Positions 12,701 through 26,479 of a stretch of DNA of 64,000 nucleotides are shown piece after piece; position 1 is the first letter of the stretch; each line of letters begins with the position of its first letter. The notes beneath the pieces were generated by a model. It saw only the letters and a program-made list of their open reading frames with translations. It ran no database searches and was not told where the DNA came from. Both the position numbers and the translations under genes were made by a program. The stretch is from Octopus sinensis (taxonomy: Eukaryota): assembly GCF_006345805.1 (NCBI RefSeq), contig NC_043002.1, forward strand, positions 35,216,001 through 35,280,000. Reading direction: 5' to 3'.

Positions 12701-15700
12701 AAAAACTAGAAGTAGTTGATAGCTTCCGTTATCTAGGTGACCAAGTCAGTAGTGGGGGTGGGTGCGCTGAAAGTGTAACTGCTAGAATAAGAATAGCCTG
12801 GGCAAAGTTTAGGGAGCTCTTACCTCTGCTGGTGACTAAAGGCCTCTCGCTCAGAGTAAAAGGCAGACTGTATGATGCGTGTGTACGAACAGCCATGCTA
12901 CATGGCAACGAAACATGGGCCGTGACTGCTGAGGACATGCGTAAGCTCGTGAGGAATGAAGCCAGTATGCTCCGATGGATGTGTAATGTCAGTGTACATA
13001 CTCGACAGAGCGTTAGCACCTTGAGAGAAATGTTGTACCTAAGAAGCATCAGTTGTGGTGTGCAAGAGAGACGATTGCGCTGGTATGGTCATGTGGCGAG
13101 AATGGATGAAGATGGGTGTGTGAGAAAGTGCCAATCCCTAGCAGTTGAGGGAACCCGTGGAAGAGGTAGACCCAGGAAAACCTGGGACGAGGTGGTGAAG
13201 CACGACCTTCGAACTTTAGGCCTCACTGAGGAAATGACCAGTGACCGAGACCTTTGGAAATATTCTGTACGTGAGAAGACCAGGCAGGACAAGTGAGCCC
13301 AGCCCACTTATGAATGCCTTTCCTCCCTTGGACACAAAGACCGGTTGAGGCAAGCGAAGTCGATATAGAACCTCATCCGACGACAGACACCCATGCCAAC
13401 CCCCCATGCTTGCGAAGACATGTTGGGGCAATCGAAATCGAAACCGAATTGAACCAGCCAGGATCCCTGGCCTGGTGGTACGTAAAAAGCACTATCCGAC
13501 TCGTGGCCGTGGCACGTAAAATACTCCAATGCGACCGTACGACAGGCACCCATGCCAACCCCCCTTTGCTTGTGAAGACATGTTGGGGCAAGCGAAATCG
13601 AAATCGAATTGAACCAGCCAGGATCCCTGGTCTGGTGGTACGTAAAAAGCACTATCCGACTCGCGGCCGTGGCACGTAAAATACTCCAATGCGACCGTAC
13701 GACAGGCACCCATGCCAACCCCCTTTGCTTGTGAAGACATGTTGGGGCAAGCGAAATCGAAATCGAATTGAACCAGCCAGGATCCCTGGTCTGGTGGTAC
13801 GTAAAAAGCACTATCCGACTCGTGGCCGATGCCAGCACCGCCTCGACTGGCTTCCGTGCCGGTGGCACATAAAATACACCAATCTGACCGTGGCCGTTGC
13901 CAGCCCCACCTGGCACCTGTGCAGGTGGCACGTAAAAAGCACCCACTACACTCACGGAGTGGTTGGCGTTAGGAAGGGCATCCAGCTGTAGAAACATTGC
14001 CAGATTAGACTGGAGCCTGGTGCAGCCTTCTGGCTTCCCAGAACCCTGGTCGAACCGTCCAACCCATGCTAGCATGGAGAACGGACGTTAAACGATGATG
14101 ATGATGATGATGACATGCAAGGTGAATTAAATATTGAAGATCCCTAAAATAAACTCTATGAGCTGCTGACAATATTAGGTGAATAAAAGAAGATAGTAGA
14201 CTGATGGAAATAATGACAAACACCAAAGAGTTACAGTAGATACCACTCCACTTAGGTTAACAAAATAAGTACTAGTAATACACCAGGTTTAACTTCAATT
14301 GAAGAACCTCTCCTACAAAAGTTGGCCTATCACCTGATCTAGCACCATCTCTAGCAAGTATTCAGATGAGATCTCTGTCCTGTGTATAACTCCATATCTT
14401 GATACGCTACTTCTTACTGCACCTTCTGTGTAGTACCACTGCTTGTGAGAAAGTGCAGAATGAAGTGGTTTTCCAGCAAGGCACCATCCATCAGATACAA
14501 CAGGGGCTTGACCCCATTAGTAATATTTCAAGTTGTTCTATTTGTTGGCAGACTCATTAGCAAGCAACCCCTGATTTCCAGCTTGGCTCCTTAAAGGAAT
14601 CAAAGTAATGATTAGCAGCAACTCATAAATCATGACTTTCTGCTCTTGTTCTTCATCTGACTGGGAGCTCCTGCACCAGTTCCCCTTTCACCATGCCATA
14701 AAAACATAAAACAGCATGAAAGTGATATATCATCTAATGAACTAATAAGGGAACAACTTTAACAATGAGTTTAAAGGAGAGGTTTCTAAGATTATGACAA
14801 TATGAATTTAATTACTTACAAGTGTAGTAGTTAAGAAATAAAAGATTTTAGTGGGTTAACAGTAGCTCATACTTGCAAATACTCTCAGAAAGTTTGTGTT
14901 GTGTTTGTAGATAAAGTAAATTACAATGTGTCCCAGTCTATAAAGCTACTTAATGACTAAATGAACACTATACAGAATCTTTAAGACTAACAAAAATTCA
15001 TATAAATGAATTTGGACAGCTGTATTTAAAACATTCAAATTTATAGTTAGAGTTTGAAAACTAGGATAAGAATTTAGAAATATATGTTTCAAATTATTTT
15101 AATTTTTGACACTACCTCTGGTTCCGTGTTTCTAACTCACCTACAATCATGTATTTTAGTGATCGTATCCAAATCAAAACCTTGACTGAAATTTTGTTAT
15201 TATATACATGATAAGTGATATTTTAGAAGGTAAACATTTTAAGTTGCGTTTAAAACACTAGTTTATTTATATATATATAAAAAGAAACTTTTTTTGGTAA
15301 ATCCTATAAAATTGTTGATTATTTTGAAAATAAAAGGAAACACATTGTTAAAAGTTTTGGTCACATGAATTAATCTTGTTTTAGAGCTAGATGTATGTTG
15401 TTATATGACTGCTGCCTCAAGTGTGAAAAACATCATTTTCCATGAGTTCCTCTTCTAAACCAATTGCAAGTTTTTTGTTGAAACACTTTTATTCCAATAG
15501 GGTTCAATCTCAAGGCTGTAAGTAAAATCAAGCATCATATGAGTTTAACAATCCACGAATAAGATGCTCTTTATGAATAAACTAGCTTAAAAACTGCACT
15601 CTGAGTGGACTCTTAAGCTAGCTCCTGTGGAGGGCTAATTACTTCAAATTCAGTTTAAATAAAAAAAAACTTGTAAGTTCACAAATTTGGGGAGTTATTT

Positions 15701-18700
15701 TAAAATTAGAATTTTCAACTGTTAGAATATAACAAATCCTCTTCCAGACCCGATCCCAATGCTGGATGTTCAAGTACCAAATGAAGGGAAGATTTTCATT
15801 CCTGGGATCATCCTGATTCCAATTAAGTATATGCCTATGTAGGGCAAATGTAGACTGAGATACAGGGGTCCTGGCTGGACAGACAGGCAGAATTTTATGT
15901 TTATTATTACAGAAGGCCAGATTGACCCAAGGAAATATTTGAATTCAGAATAAAAGACTCTGAAGTTGTAATTGGTAAAGTTGAATTCTGACACATGTTT
16001 CTTCAACTCAATAACTCTTTATAGTGAAATCTCTTTTTGCAATGAAAAGACAATTAAGCTCACCAAGTGTTGTTGCTCTTTGTCACCTGTTGTCTTTACT
16101 TACTGTTTTCCACCTTGTTCTCTCTTTATTTGAATATGACCTTTTCCCTTCACTTGGCTTAATGGATTGGCTTGTTTTACCTTCCTTCTCCAATTCTAAC
16201 TACCTTCCCTTTTGCTCACCTTACACACCAGACTTCTGAATCTCTCAAGTCACCCACCTCTCTCTGTCCACACTTCATCCCAACATTACCCTTTCAATTC
16301 AATTCTTTCATTATTTACTTGTCCCCAACCTAGTAGTATTTCTTAGTCTCAGATGGAGAGCAAGGTCCCTTCCTCACCCTGAAACAATTGAATTTATATA
16401 TGAACTCTCCGAAGAAGTCAAATCTGATTGAATTACATTTACTCTGAATCTTTTCATAAGTAACAGCGATAGTAGCACTATTGCTGCTGCTGCTACTACT
16501 ACTACTACTACTGGTGGTGGTGGAGGTGGCAGTGGTGGTATCATGACTTTATTTGTGTACTAGTGATTTAAGTGAGAAAAGATATACATCTTATGGGAGG
16601 ATTTGGGCTCAATATTTGCAATTAAAGAAACCTTAGTGAGTTATGTATTACTCTGCTATTTACAACAGTGAGCTGTATCTCTTATGGTAGCTATTTACAT
16701 TGGACTATTGGTAGTACACAGCACAATACCAGCAACAGGATGCACTACATCAGTTTTTGGGCTGATAAACCAGCTTCTTATTGACTGAACAAATTATGAG
16801 TCTCTCTTCCAATAAACTCCATGTTCTCTTTCTACTCTTTAAAAATAACAACAACAAAAAAGAAATAAAAATTAAAAAAACTTACATGTCCACCAAGATT
16901 GAAATAAGCATGGTTGGTGAGATTAATTGGTGTTGCTTTTGTCGTGGTAGCCATATAGTCAACTTTGAGACAGTTGTCATCAGTAAGTTCATAGGTCACA
17001 GTGATGGTCAGTTCACCTGGAAAACCACTCTGTCCACAAGGACTAACATATGTCAATGATACTTTGGACCCATCAATAGAAGGTTTCCAGTGCACCTAAA
17101 AATACAAATTTAAAAGTCGCTTTCAAATCTAGAAGATGATTTTATAATCACAATAAACACACACACAGCACATTCATATAACAGTCTTTCATTGAGCCAG
17201 TTGATGCGCCTTTATTTTTACATAAGTAGGCATGAAAATTTAGCATATTTAAAACAATAAATCACCACAGATAAATATTCAGATGTTATTCGCATAAAAA
17301 GCAATAATTAAGTGAGTGTTAATATATTTAACACACTAAACATCAAAACTATAATTAATTATGTGCATAATCATTTCAATCATTTCTAATTAAATTTGTT
17401 ATGCTCACTGTATTTAAATATGTTAACACTAACTGCTTATCTACAATTCTGATTCTGTTCTATATGGCCTAAATACAAATTTTAACAAAATTCTAGGGAA
17501 TTAACAGAAATGTAGCACAAACATTTTTTTTTCTTGCATTAATATTAATATATATATACCCGTGCTAGCGCGAAAAACGGACGTTAAACGATAATGATGA
17601 TGATATATTCATTTTCTTAGTAACCTTAGTAGTTTCAGTAAATTCACAATAACTACAATGTGTTACTTGAATATTTAGGTTCTACAGACTAAACCTATAT
17701 AAAAGAAATCTATTTAATCCTACAATACCTAAATTAGCAATATTCAGAAAAAATATTATTGATATTTTTCAGCTTATTTAAACACAAAGAATATACATGA
17801 TATAAAAAACAGATTTTCTTATACAAACACACACACATGTGCACACACAAATACACATACACATTTATATTTTGTGATTCTGCTTAGCTATAGCAATACT
17901 AATGACTAGCTGTTATAACTCAAAGCACTTACAGTCTACAGTAAACCATCAGGTCAGTAGAAGATATTAAGATGTTGCATTGGAACTTAGCTCTGAGTGA
18001 AAGTTTACTCTTAGCAGAAACAGCTGTAAGCTGATGAAAGTGACTATGTAACTCCTTTTGCCATTAATTTGTTAACTGATATATATATATATATATATAT
18101 ATATTATTCATATGTCAATAATTCAGAAACAACTGTGAGATATTATAATTGCTTGTATTCAATAGCGTTGTTCAAACATAAAGAATCCTTAGAGAGCATA
18201 CAACCTTTCAGTTTAGTTGTTTATTCCCAAAAGAGTATCATATTTGAAGTGTCAAGAACTATTAACTCTATATGGTTAAACAATAATAAAAGTTTGAGTG
18301 CTACTGCCTGTTACCAAAAAAAAACTACTTTATGTATGTAAGGCCATGTGAAGTAACAAGGAAGAATTAATAGAAACTTAATAGAATCACAGTAACAATG
18401 AGTGCCCCCAAGAAAAGATTATCTAATTTAATTCCATTTCTATCTCAAATGGAGGAATATATTTGGTATGATTCAGTTTTAAAATTCAAAAACCTGCAAT
18501 CCCCTGATAGATGCATAACACTCAATGGTACATTCTAATTTTATGGTAGATCAAAGATATTATTACTTTCTGGATGAGATATTAGTCTTTCATGTATAAT
18601 ACTATCAGAAGAGCTGGTTCCAATTCCTAGCAAAAAAGTATAAAGAATTTTGTGCCCTGAAAGGTGTAGGGGACTGAGTAGAGATAGTAGCTTTGGTATC

Positions 18701-20281
18701 TAGCATGCTGCTCCCTACCTTGTAGGGTAGACAGGTTTCACTGGCTCTCACTCACCTTCTAAATCCCTCATGTGTTGGCTTCAAGTGCCACACCCCAGTA
18801 CATCACTTCAGTTGGCTAATGCACATGAGATATGGTATTGACACTGCACCAACAGGCAAGCAGGGAAACTGCAGCAACAGCCAATGGCCAGGATGGAAGA
18901 GTTTCAAGAAGACCAACGACCAGGTGTGCAAGACTGAAGGCAACTCACACTATAAAATATGGACCTTGCTTAGCAGTCAACAGAGACAGCTTCAATTAGC
19001 CTCTTTCCTATATGTAAAATGGTTAGGCTTCAGTTTAATACCCTGTCTCCAGAAAAATCTCAGGTTATGAAAACAGTACAAAGTGCATGGCCCAACACAG
19101 GGGGCACTAAAATGTTTGATTTGAACTCAAGACCTGAATCCTGTACACTTTACTAAATCACTTAAATTTGTTATTTATACAATTCTACATTATTTTCTTT
19201 CACATTTCTACTGTAGTCATAATCATGACATTGTGACATTTAAATATGTAGTATTTATTTTATTATTTACCAATTTCTAAAAAAACTGAATTTTTTATTC
19301 AGATCCCCTTCCTATAATTAATCATTAGCAAAGTTGACTGGGGTGCATTTAGCATATTCCTTTAAGGCTTAGTCAGGTGGAAGTTAGGGCAATACCTATG
19401 ACCTACACAAGCCCTCCAAGAGTTGTGAGATAGTTGTAATTCATTTTCTTCTCGAATATTTGCAGGAAAATGTGTAAAGAAATGAATGTAATAGTTAACA
19501 TTCTAGGAAGTAAGAATTTGGCAATGTGGTTAGTGTAAAGGCAAGAAATTGAAATACAGTAGGTGATAAGAGGAGGAAAGATGGGTGTATTAGGTAGGCT
19601 TTGGTGGAGGTGGTATGCAACTAGCAAATTCAGAGGAGCAGAGGCCACCGATATAAACCAGCAGATGAAGAGTTCTTTCTAATCAGTTTTTATTTCAAAG
19701 TCATAATTCTTGTAAATGGCTTCCCTTGTGATGTAAGGCACCTCAGATATTAGGTTAGCTGTTTTTTATTCTGACAGGTTACTTCAGAAAACTGCTTTTC
19801 TTAACTGGGTACCTTCACTGCAGCTAAAAAGAAAGGCCATTGCTCATATAGCTGAATATTTAGTTTAAAATGGAACATGAAAAAAAGGAAGGACCAATAG
19901 AGTTAGGTTACACAGCAGTTGTTCAATGCAAGAGTTGGTTATTGGAACACTAAGACTGTCAATGTTTTTTAAGGTGGAGAATGGCAATATTTTGGTGGTG
20001 CATTGTTTCTTCAGAATGGAGCGTAAGTAAGTAAGTAACAAGGGAATAAAACTTGTAATAAGGTCTTAATTAAAACTTCTTTTGAATATATGTATATATA
20101 TATATATATATTATATATATACACACACACATGGTATGTGTTAACTTTGTGTTTTCATGGTGGGGCACAAATTTTTTTAGAAACCACAGAGGAGCATGTG
20201 ATAAAATCAGTTGAAAAACTCTTGATTGCATAGTGGAAATGACAAGTGGCGAGTGGTTGGTTATTTACGTAAACATCTAAG

Positions 20282-20323
<42 letters not shown>

Positions 20324-20947
20324 TATATATATATCTCATCATCATCATCATCGTTTAACGTCCGCTTTCCATGCTAGCTTGGGTTGGACGATTTGACTGA
20401 GGGTTGGCGAACCAAATGGCTGCACTAGGCTCCAATCTGATCTGGCAGAGTTTCTACAGCTGGATACCCTTCCTAATGCCAACCACTCCAAGAGCGTAGT
20501 GGGTGCTTTTACGTGTCATTGGCACAAGGGCCAGTCAGGCAGTACTGCCAATGGCCATGCTCAAATGGTGTTTTTTACATGCCACCTGCACAGGAGCCAG
20601 TCCAGCGGCATTGGCAATGACCTCGCTCAAATGTTTTTTCATGTGCCACCAGCACAAGTGCCAGTAAGGCGACGCTGGTAACAATCACGCTCAAATGGTG
20701 CTTTTTACGTGCTACCAGCATAGAAGCCAGTTTTCTGCTCTGGCAGTGATCACGCTCCGATGGTGCTCTTAGAACTCCACTAGCATGGATGCCAGTCATC
20801 AAATTTGATTTTGATTTTGATTTCACTTGCCTCAACAGGTCTTTGCAAGCAGAGTTTAGTGTCCAATGAAGGAAAGGTACGCATAAGTGGGCTGGTTGTA
20901 CCCCTGGCATAGGCCACGAGGTTATGGTCTCACTTGGCTTGCTGGGT

Positions 20948-20991
<44 letters not shown>

Positions 20992-23900
20992 TAATAGAAA
21001 GAAATTAAAGCCAATAAAATTAAAAACACTTAAGGAAACTTACAATATAGATATATAGTTAAAAGTAACTGTGCATCAAAGACTTCAGCAGATGTACATT
21101 GTAAAGATAATTGTTTAAATATGGGCATATTTTGAAAATGGATAGGGATGAAAAAAGTGCTGTGTACTGACTGTTTAAGATACACATGGAAAATACAGAC
21201 TAAATCATGAGAAAAGTGGGGAAGGGGTAGTAGATCTCTAAATGTTGAGCTTCACAATTGAGATGTGATAGTATCAACAGATGTACCTCAGATCATCTAA
21301 TCTATACAAGCATAGGAAAATATAAAGTAAAGGACAAGGATTTTATAAAATAATGTTATGCAGATACTGTACATAACATGCTCCATTGATTCTAGCTTAA
21401 ATATTTAAGAGAGAAAGTAATTTGAATTCAAATCAAGATTAAAACTAATCACCAGATTATGGACATTTTGTTTGCAAGTAGAGCTAATTAGTTAGTATCC
21501 AGATAATTTCATGATTGAAACTACCACCAAAGAAAATAGGTTTTGATAATTTTCAAAAAAAATCATACAGAAAACCATAACAATTGGTATTAACATGTGT
21601 TCAGAACAGAATGTCTTTGGAAATCTTTATATAATTATTATTTGGTTCTCAATAAAGAATATATTGCAGAGCTGCAGAATGTTTTAAACTTAGAAGAAAG
21701 GCCATAAGTAAAAAAACCATAATGATCAATAAAAAAAATCATAAAGATCATTAAAAAAAAAGTTTAAAATAATAAAATATTCTATTTCCATCAGAGAAGC
21801 ATCCTTGCTTTATATCCAGGGAAGAGAGTAGATACAGTAAGCCAATACTATATTTTCAATGCAAGAAATGAACACAAAAAGTGGAATGACAGACTGACAC
21901 AAAACAAAGATTTTAGATATGATAGCAGATGTGCATGAATAACTTTAGGGGCCAGATAGCTAGCTAGATGCAGCAGATAGTTTTTGTTATCTATGTGGCC
22001 TAATTAGTGAAGATAGTTGCAGTAAAAGTACATGAGGGCATGAAAGTGCGTGTGGTCATCAGCAGTTGAGAACCAGACTGTTTTCATGTCAGCATTGGTG
22101 TGAAACAAGGCTATGTACTTGCTCCAGTTCTTTTCAACCTCTTTGTCATGGCTGTTACCCTCATTGCACAGGGTGAACTTGATCCAGACAATGGAATCAT
22201 AATCAACTACCATCTGGTTTGTAGTGTTTTTAATCTCCAGTGACTTATATCCCGATCAACATGTGAGATTGCCATGACCTTTGAACTCCAGTAGGCCAAT
22301 GCCTGCAACCTGCCAACTCATGATCAAGAGTTGATGCAGCATGTCTTGAGCATCACAGCAAATGTCTATCAATTACTCGATCTGAAGGTTAATAGCAAGA
22401 AAACCAAAGTAATGTATCAACACACTCCAGTCATTGCCTCAAGTTCCCTCTCTCCATATTGACAGTAATACTCAATACTGTGTCACAGTTCACCTACCAT
22501 CTATTGATGAGGGGGGCCTAATGTTGAATACAGAAGGCATCTGCAGATTTTGGTTATTTTTGAACCAAAGTCTTATCCAACAAGAATCTGACCATTCCCA
22601 CAATATTTGTTGTGTATCAGACTTTCGTTTTATCCATTCTTTTAGATGGTGTAGAAACCAAGATAGTTTGCTGCAAGCACCTGAAGAGTCTTGAATCCTT
22701 TCATGTCAGGTGTCTCCAACACATCCTAGGCATCTCATGAGAAGATAGGGTTCCACATCAAACTATCTTGGAATGCTGCAATTCTTTCAGTCTTGAATCT
22801 CTCATTGTGAAGTATCAATTTTGCTGGACTGGTCACCTTATCAGGATGCCCCACTTCCATTTCTCCTGTATTTTTTTCTATGGAGAATTGACAAAAGGCC
22901 AACAATCCATTTAATTTCAGAAGAGATGCAAAGATCAAGTTGCTGCCATTCAGCAAAAATATAACATTCCTTCTACAGATCTAGAAACACTTGCTGTGAA
23001 TCAAAGGGGATGGCAGACCATCTGCCATCAAGCTTGTGAAACCACTGATACATTATCAATGGCTTATTGAGTGCCAAACAAGGCATGCTGTGGCTGCTAC
23101 TAGATTACTTCCAACACCCAGCTCATCAATTCCATGTCTGACCTGAGAAAAATTCTGCTGCTTGGTTTTTGGTCTCCACTCAAATCAGTATGTTCACCAA
23201 CTGCATTTAGCACTGACTTGAAGAGATGTCAATGTCCTTGGAGTTGAGAGATATCCATCTCTCTGTTCTCATTAAATGTGATCATCATCTTCATCATCAT
23301 CATTTAATGTCCATTGTCCATGCTGGTATGGGTTGGATAGTTTGACCAGGCTCGCAAGCTAGAAGGCTGCACCAGACTCCAGCCTGATTTGGTATGGTTT
23401 CTATGGCTGGGTATCCTTCCTAACACAACCACACCAAGAGTGTAATGAGTGCTTTTATGTGCCTCTGGCATGGATGCCATTTGTGTGACACCAGTATCTG
23501 CCATGACTGTAATTTTACTTGGTTTGATGGGTTTTCTTCTGAAGCACAACATAATGCCAAAGGTCTCAGTCATGCGCTATTGCATCCATGAGGCCCAACA
23601 CTTGAAAGGAGCTTTTCATATGCCACATTACCTCTGTTAAGCCCAGTGCTCGAAAGGTGCCAGTTATGTGACACCAGCATCATCCATGACTACGATTTCA
23701 TTTGGCTTGACGGGTCTTCCAAACACAACATATTGTCAAAGGTCTCAGTCATTTGTCATTGGTACTTGATCAAGGCTGACATTGTTAATATATTGTTAGA
23801 TTTTAACTAAAATATTTAATTTTAACAATTTTCAAGTATATGTATGGACATTTTTATATTGAAAACTTTTGCTTATATCCAAGAAAGGGCATTCAAAATA

Positions 23901-25883
23901 GATATAAAGAAGCTGTGGTCAAGTGATATGATAAAGCATGTGAAAGGAGCTAAGTAGATTGGTAAATGGATGGTATAATTTAAGGGGAGACAGCTCAAAT
24001 GAAAGCTAAGAGTAATTAAAGAAACAGAGGACATAAACTCAGAAATGAAATTGGGTCATTTTTACTTTTCTATTTTCTTTGGAAGGATTCCAAAATGGAA
24101 TTAAGTTGAAAAGTTGCAATAACCCTTGTAGCACAGGCTTTAGCAGAAATGGAGGTGGTATGCAACTAACAAATTCAAGGGAACAGAGGCCATTACTGAT
24201 AAGATCCAGTTAAGACCAAAGCATGTATGTAGTTGTCTTGTTGACTGTTGACAAAGATCAGATTTTCTCTAAAGCGCATAAACTAATTTTGTGAAATTAA
24301 TTCTTAATTTCTTGAAATTATCTCCCCTTTTCTTTCAAAGTTACAAATAATTATTGATAAGCTTCTGTTTTCTTCCACCAGCTAAGAGGAAAAATTTCAA
24401 TTCATTAAGAATTTAAAAAAATTTTTGATACATATATATCATCTCTTAACTTATTTAAGAAGAGATATAAAGTAGTTATTGATTTATCAACTGGTTATAA
24501 AAAAATGAAAATAAAACTCAATTTAAATATCTTTCTCCATATTAACAAGTAACTTAATAGCTGTGTTATTTATTTTAAAATTTATTTTATGCAGCAATTT
24601 GTGAACACTTGTGCCATTGGTTACAGGCTTTTATGGGATCAATAACAAGTTCACTGCATTTCTGATTATGAAATTATCAAGAGAATAACTCAGTTTAAAG
24701 GGCTTTTTTCCCATGGTTTCATTCTTGCAAAAGACTTTAAAGTGTATTACTTTGTCACCAATAGTGAATCGTTTACTATTATGCCATGACAAAAGACACA
24801 CATATGTGATGGGCTTCTGCAATGTTACCACCTGCTAAATTCCAGTTTTACAGTATTAGGACTTAATCAAATCAATAATGGAAGAACCTTCTCAAGGTAC
24901 CATACAGTGAAATCAAACCCAAAATTTCTTAACTGCTTAGCCATAATTGCACCATGTTTAAAAGAACTGATGTTTTAATAGCTATAGTCTGTTTAAGGAA
25001 AAAGGTGAGTCTGCTGTTTGTTCCTTTACAACTGTAACAACCTCAGCACGTTTGAACATGCTGTTCTTCCCATAATCTTCTTTGATCCTATTCATCATGA
25101 TATTCAGGAGGTGAGGCATGGCTGTATAGTTAAGAAATTTGCTTCCCAACCACATGGTTCCGGGGTCAGTCCTTGGACAAGTGTCATCTATTGTGAGTGA
25201 ATTTAGTACACAGAGGCTGAAAGAAGCCCATTGTATGTGTGTATATATAAAAAGTAAAATATTCACTGTTTAAAAGTAAATGTTGTGTTAGAACACACAA
25301 TACTGTGATATTTACCAAGAGAGAGAAACTTTCATATGGTTTTTTGGTACATAAAAACACATCATAAACATCGTCAGTGGTAGACAATTACCACCACTTT
25401 CACTGTCAGGACTACCAGATCATATGATTTCAGCATCATTTTACCTTGTCAGTGGTAGAATATTTTACCTTTTGGTATTAATACTGACTTCTGTTGCTCT
25501 CGTCATCATTACCATCATCATTATTTATCATCCGTTGTCCATGCTGGTATGGGTTGAATGGTATATCTATATTTAAAATTATATTATTTAAAATTGAAGT
25601 TAAAAATCATATTATTTAAAATCATTAGTTGAAAAGGACCAATAAAACAAAACTAATTTCAAATGTGTATTTATCAATGTAATTGTATATTTATAAATAT
25701 AACCTTATTTTTGTTCCAGTCACAACCAAAACTGTTCGACGAATGGGGACGTGAAACTCTGAGTAAGAGTTTTTGTGATGTATTTGCTGCTTTATTAATA
25801 TTCCATATTACTCTAAACTTCGGTATTTGAGTACTATTTTTTTCCACCTTGTTTCACATTTATGAGCTTACTGAGGTATATAT

Positions 25884-25921
<38 letters not shown>

Positions 25922-26238
25922 TGCAAGTTACTTGGTGACACTGCCAGTGCTGGCGCCATATAAAAAGCTAGTCCACACTGTAAAGTGGTTGGCATTTGGA
26001 AGGGCATCCAGTGGTAAAAACCATACCAAAATTGCTCTTGCCTGTGCTGGTGCCATGTAAAAAGAACTCAGTCCACTCTACAGGGTGATTGTTGTTAGGA
26101 AGGACACCCAGCCATAATAACTATGGCAAAACAAACATAGAAGTCTGGTGCAGTCTTCTGCCTGGCCAGCTCCTGTCAAATCGTCAAACTCATGTCATCA
26201 TGGAAAGCGGATTTTAAATTATGATTATGATTATGATG

Positions 26239-26304
<66 letters not shown>

Positions 26305-26427
26305 AGGGGAGATGTACTCGCATAGCAAGTAATTTGATCTGAGATCATGTGCTGAAACGAAAACAATTGGATTCAATCCTAAATCTGATTTTTCCCTGTA
26401 AATTTGGATTTATTCCCTAATATTTAT

Positions 26428-26479
<52 letters not shown>

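Noticed and set aside
10654-13740. Antisense and alternative-frame ORFs overlapping the RTE
   Set aside because: These are shadow ORFs of a GC-richer coding sequence and its tandem repeat, with no recognisable domains.
13381-13828. Regular repeats suggestive of a CRISPR array
   Set aside because: The units are contiguous 159-160 bp tandem copies with no unique spacers, inside a eukaryotic LINE UTR.
14340-15760. Non-repetitive-looking segment as a possible nested gene
   Set aside because: No ORF or splice pattern with recognisable homology; probably old TE-derived sequence that I cannot classify.
16343-16395. CAGATGG...GAAACAATTGAA hammerhead-like remnant
   Set aside because: Both the core and the cleavage triplet are mutated and the helices are unsupported.
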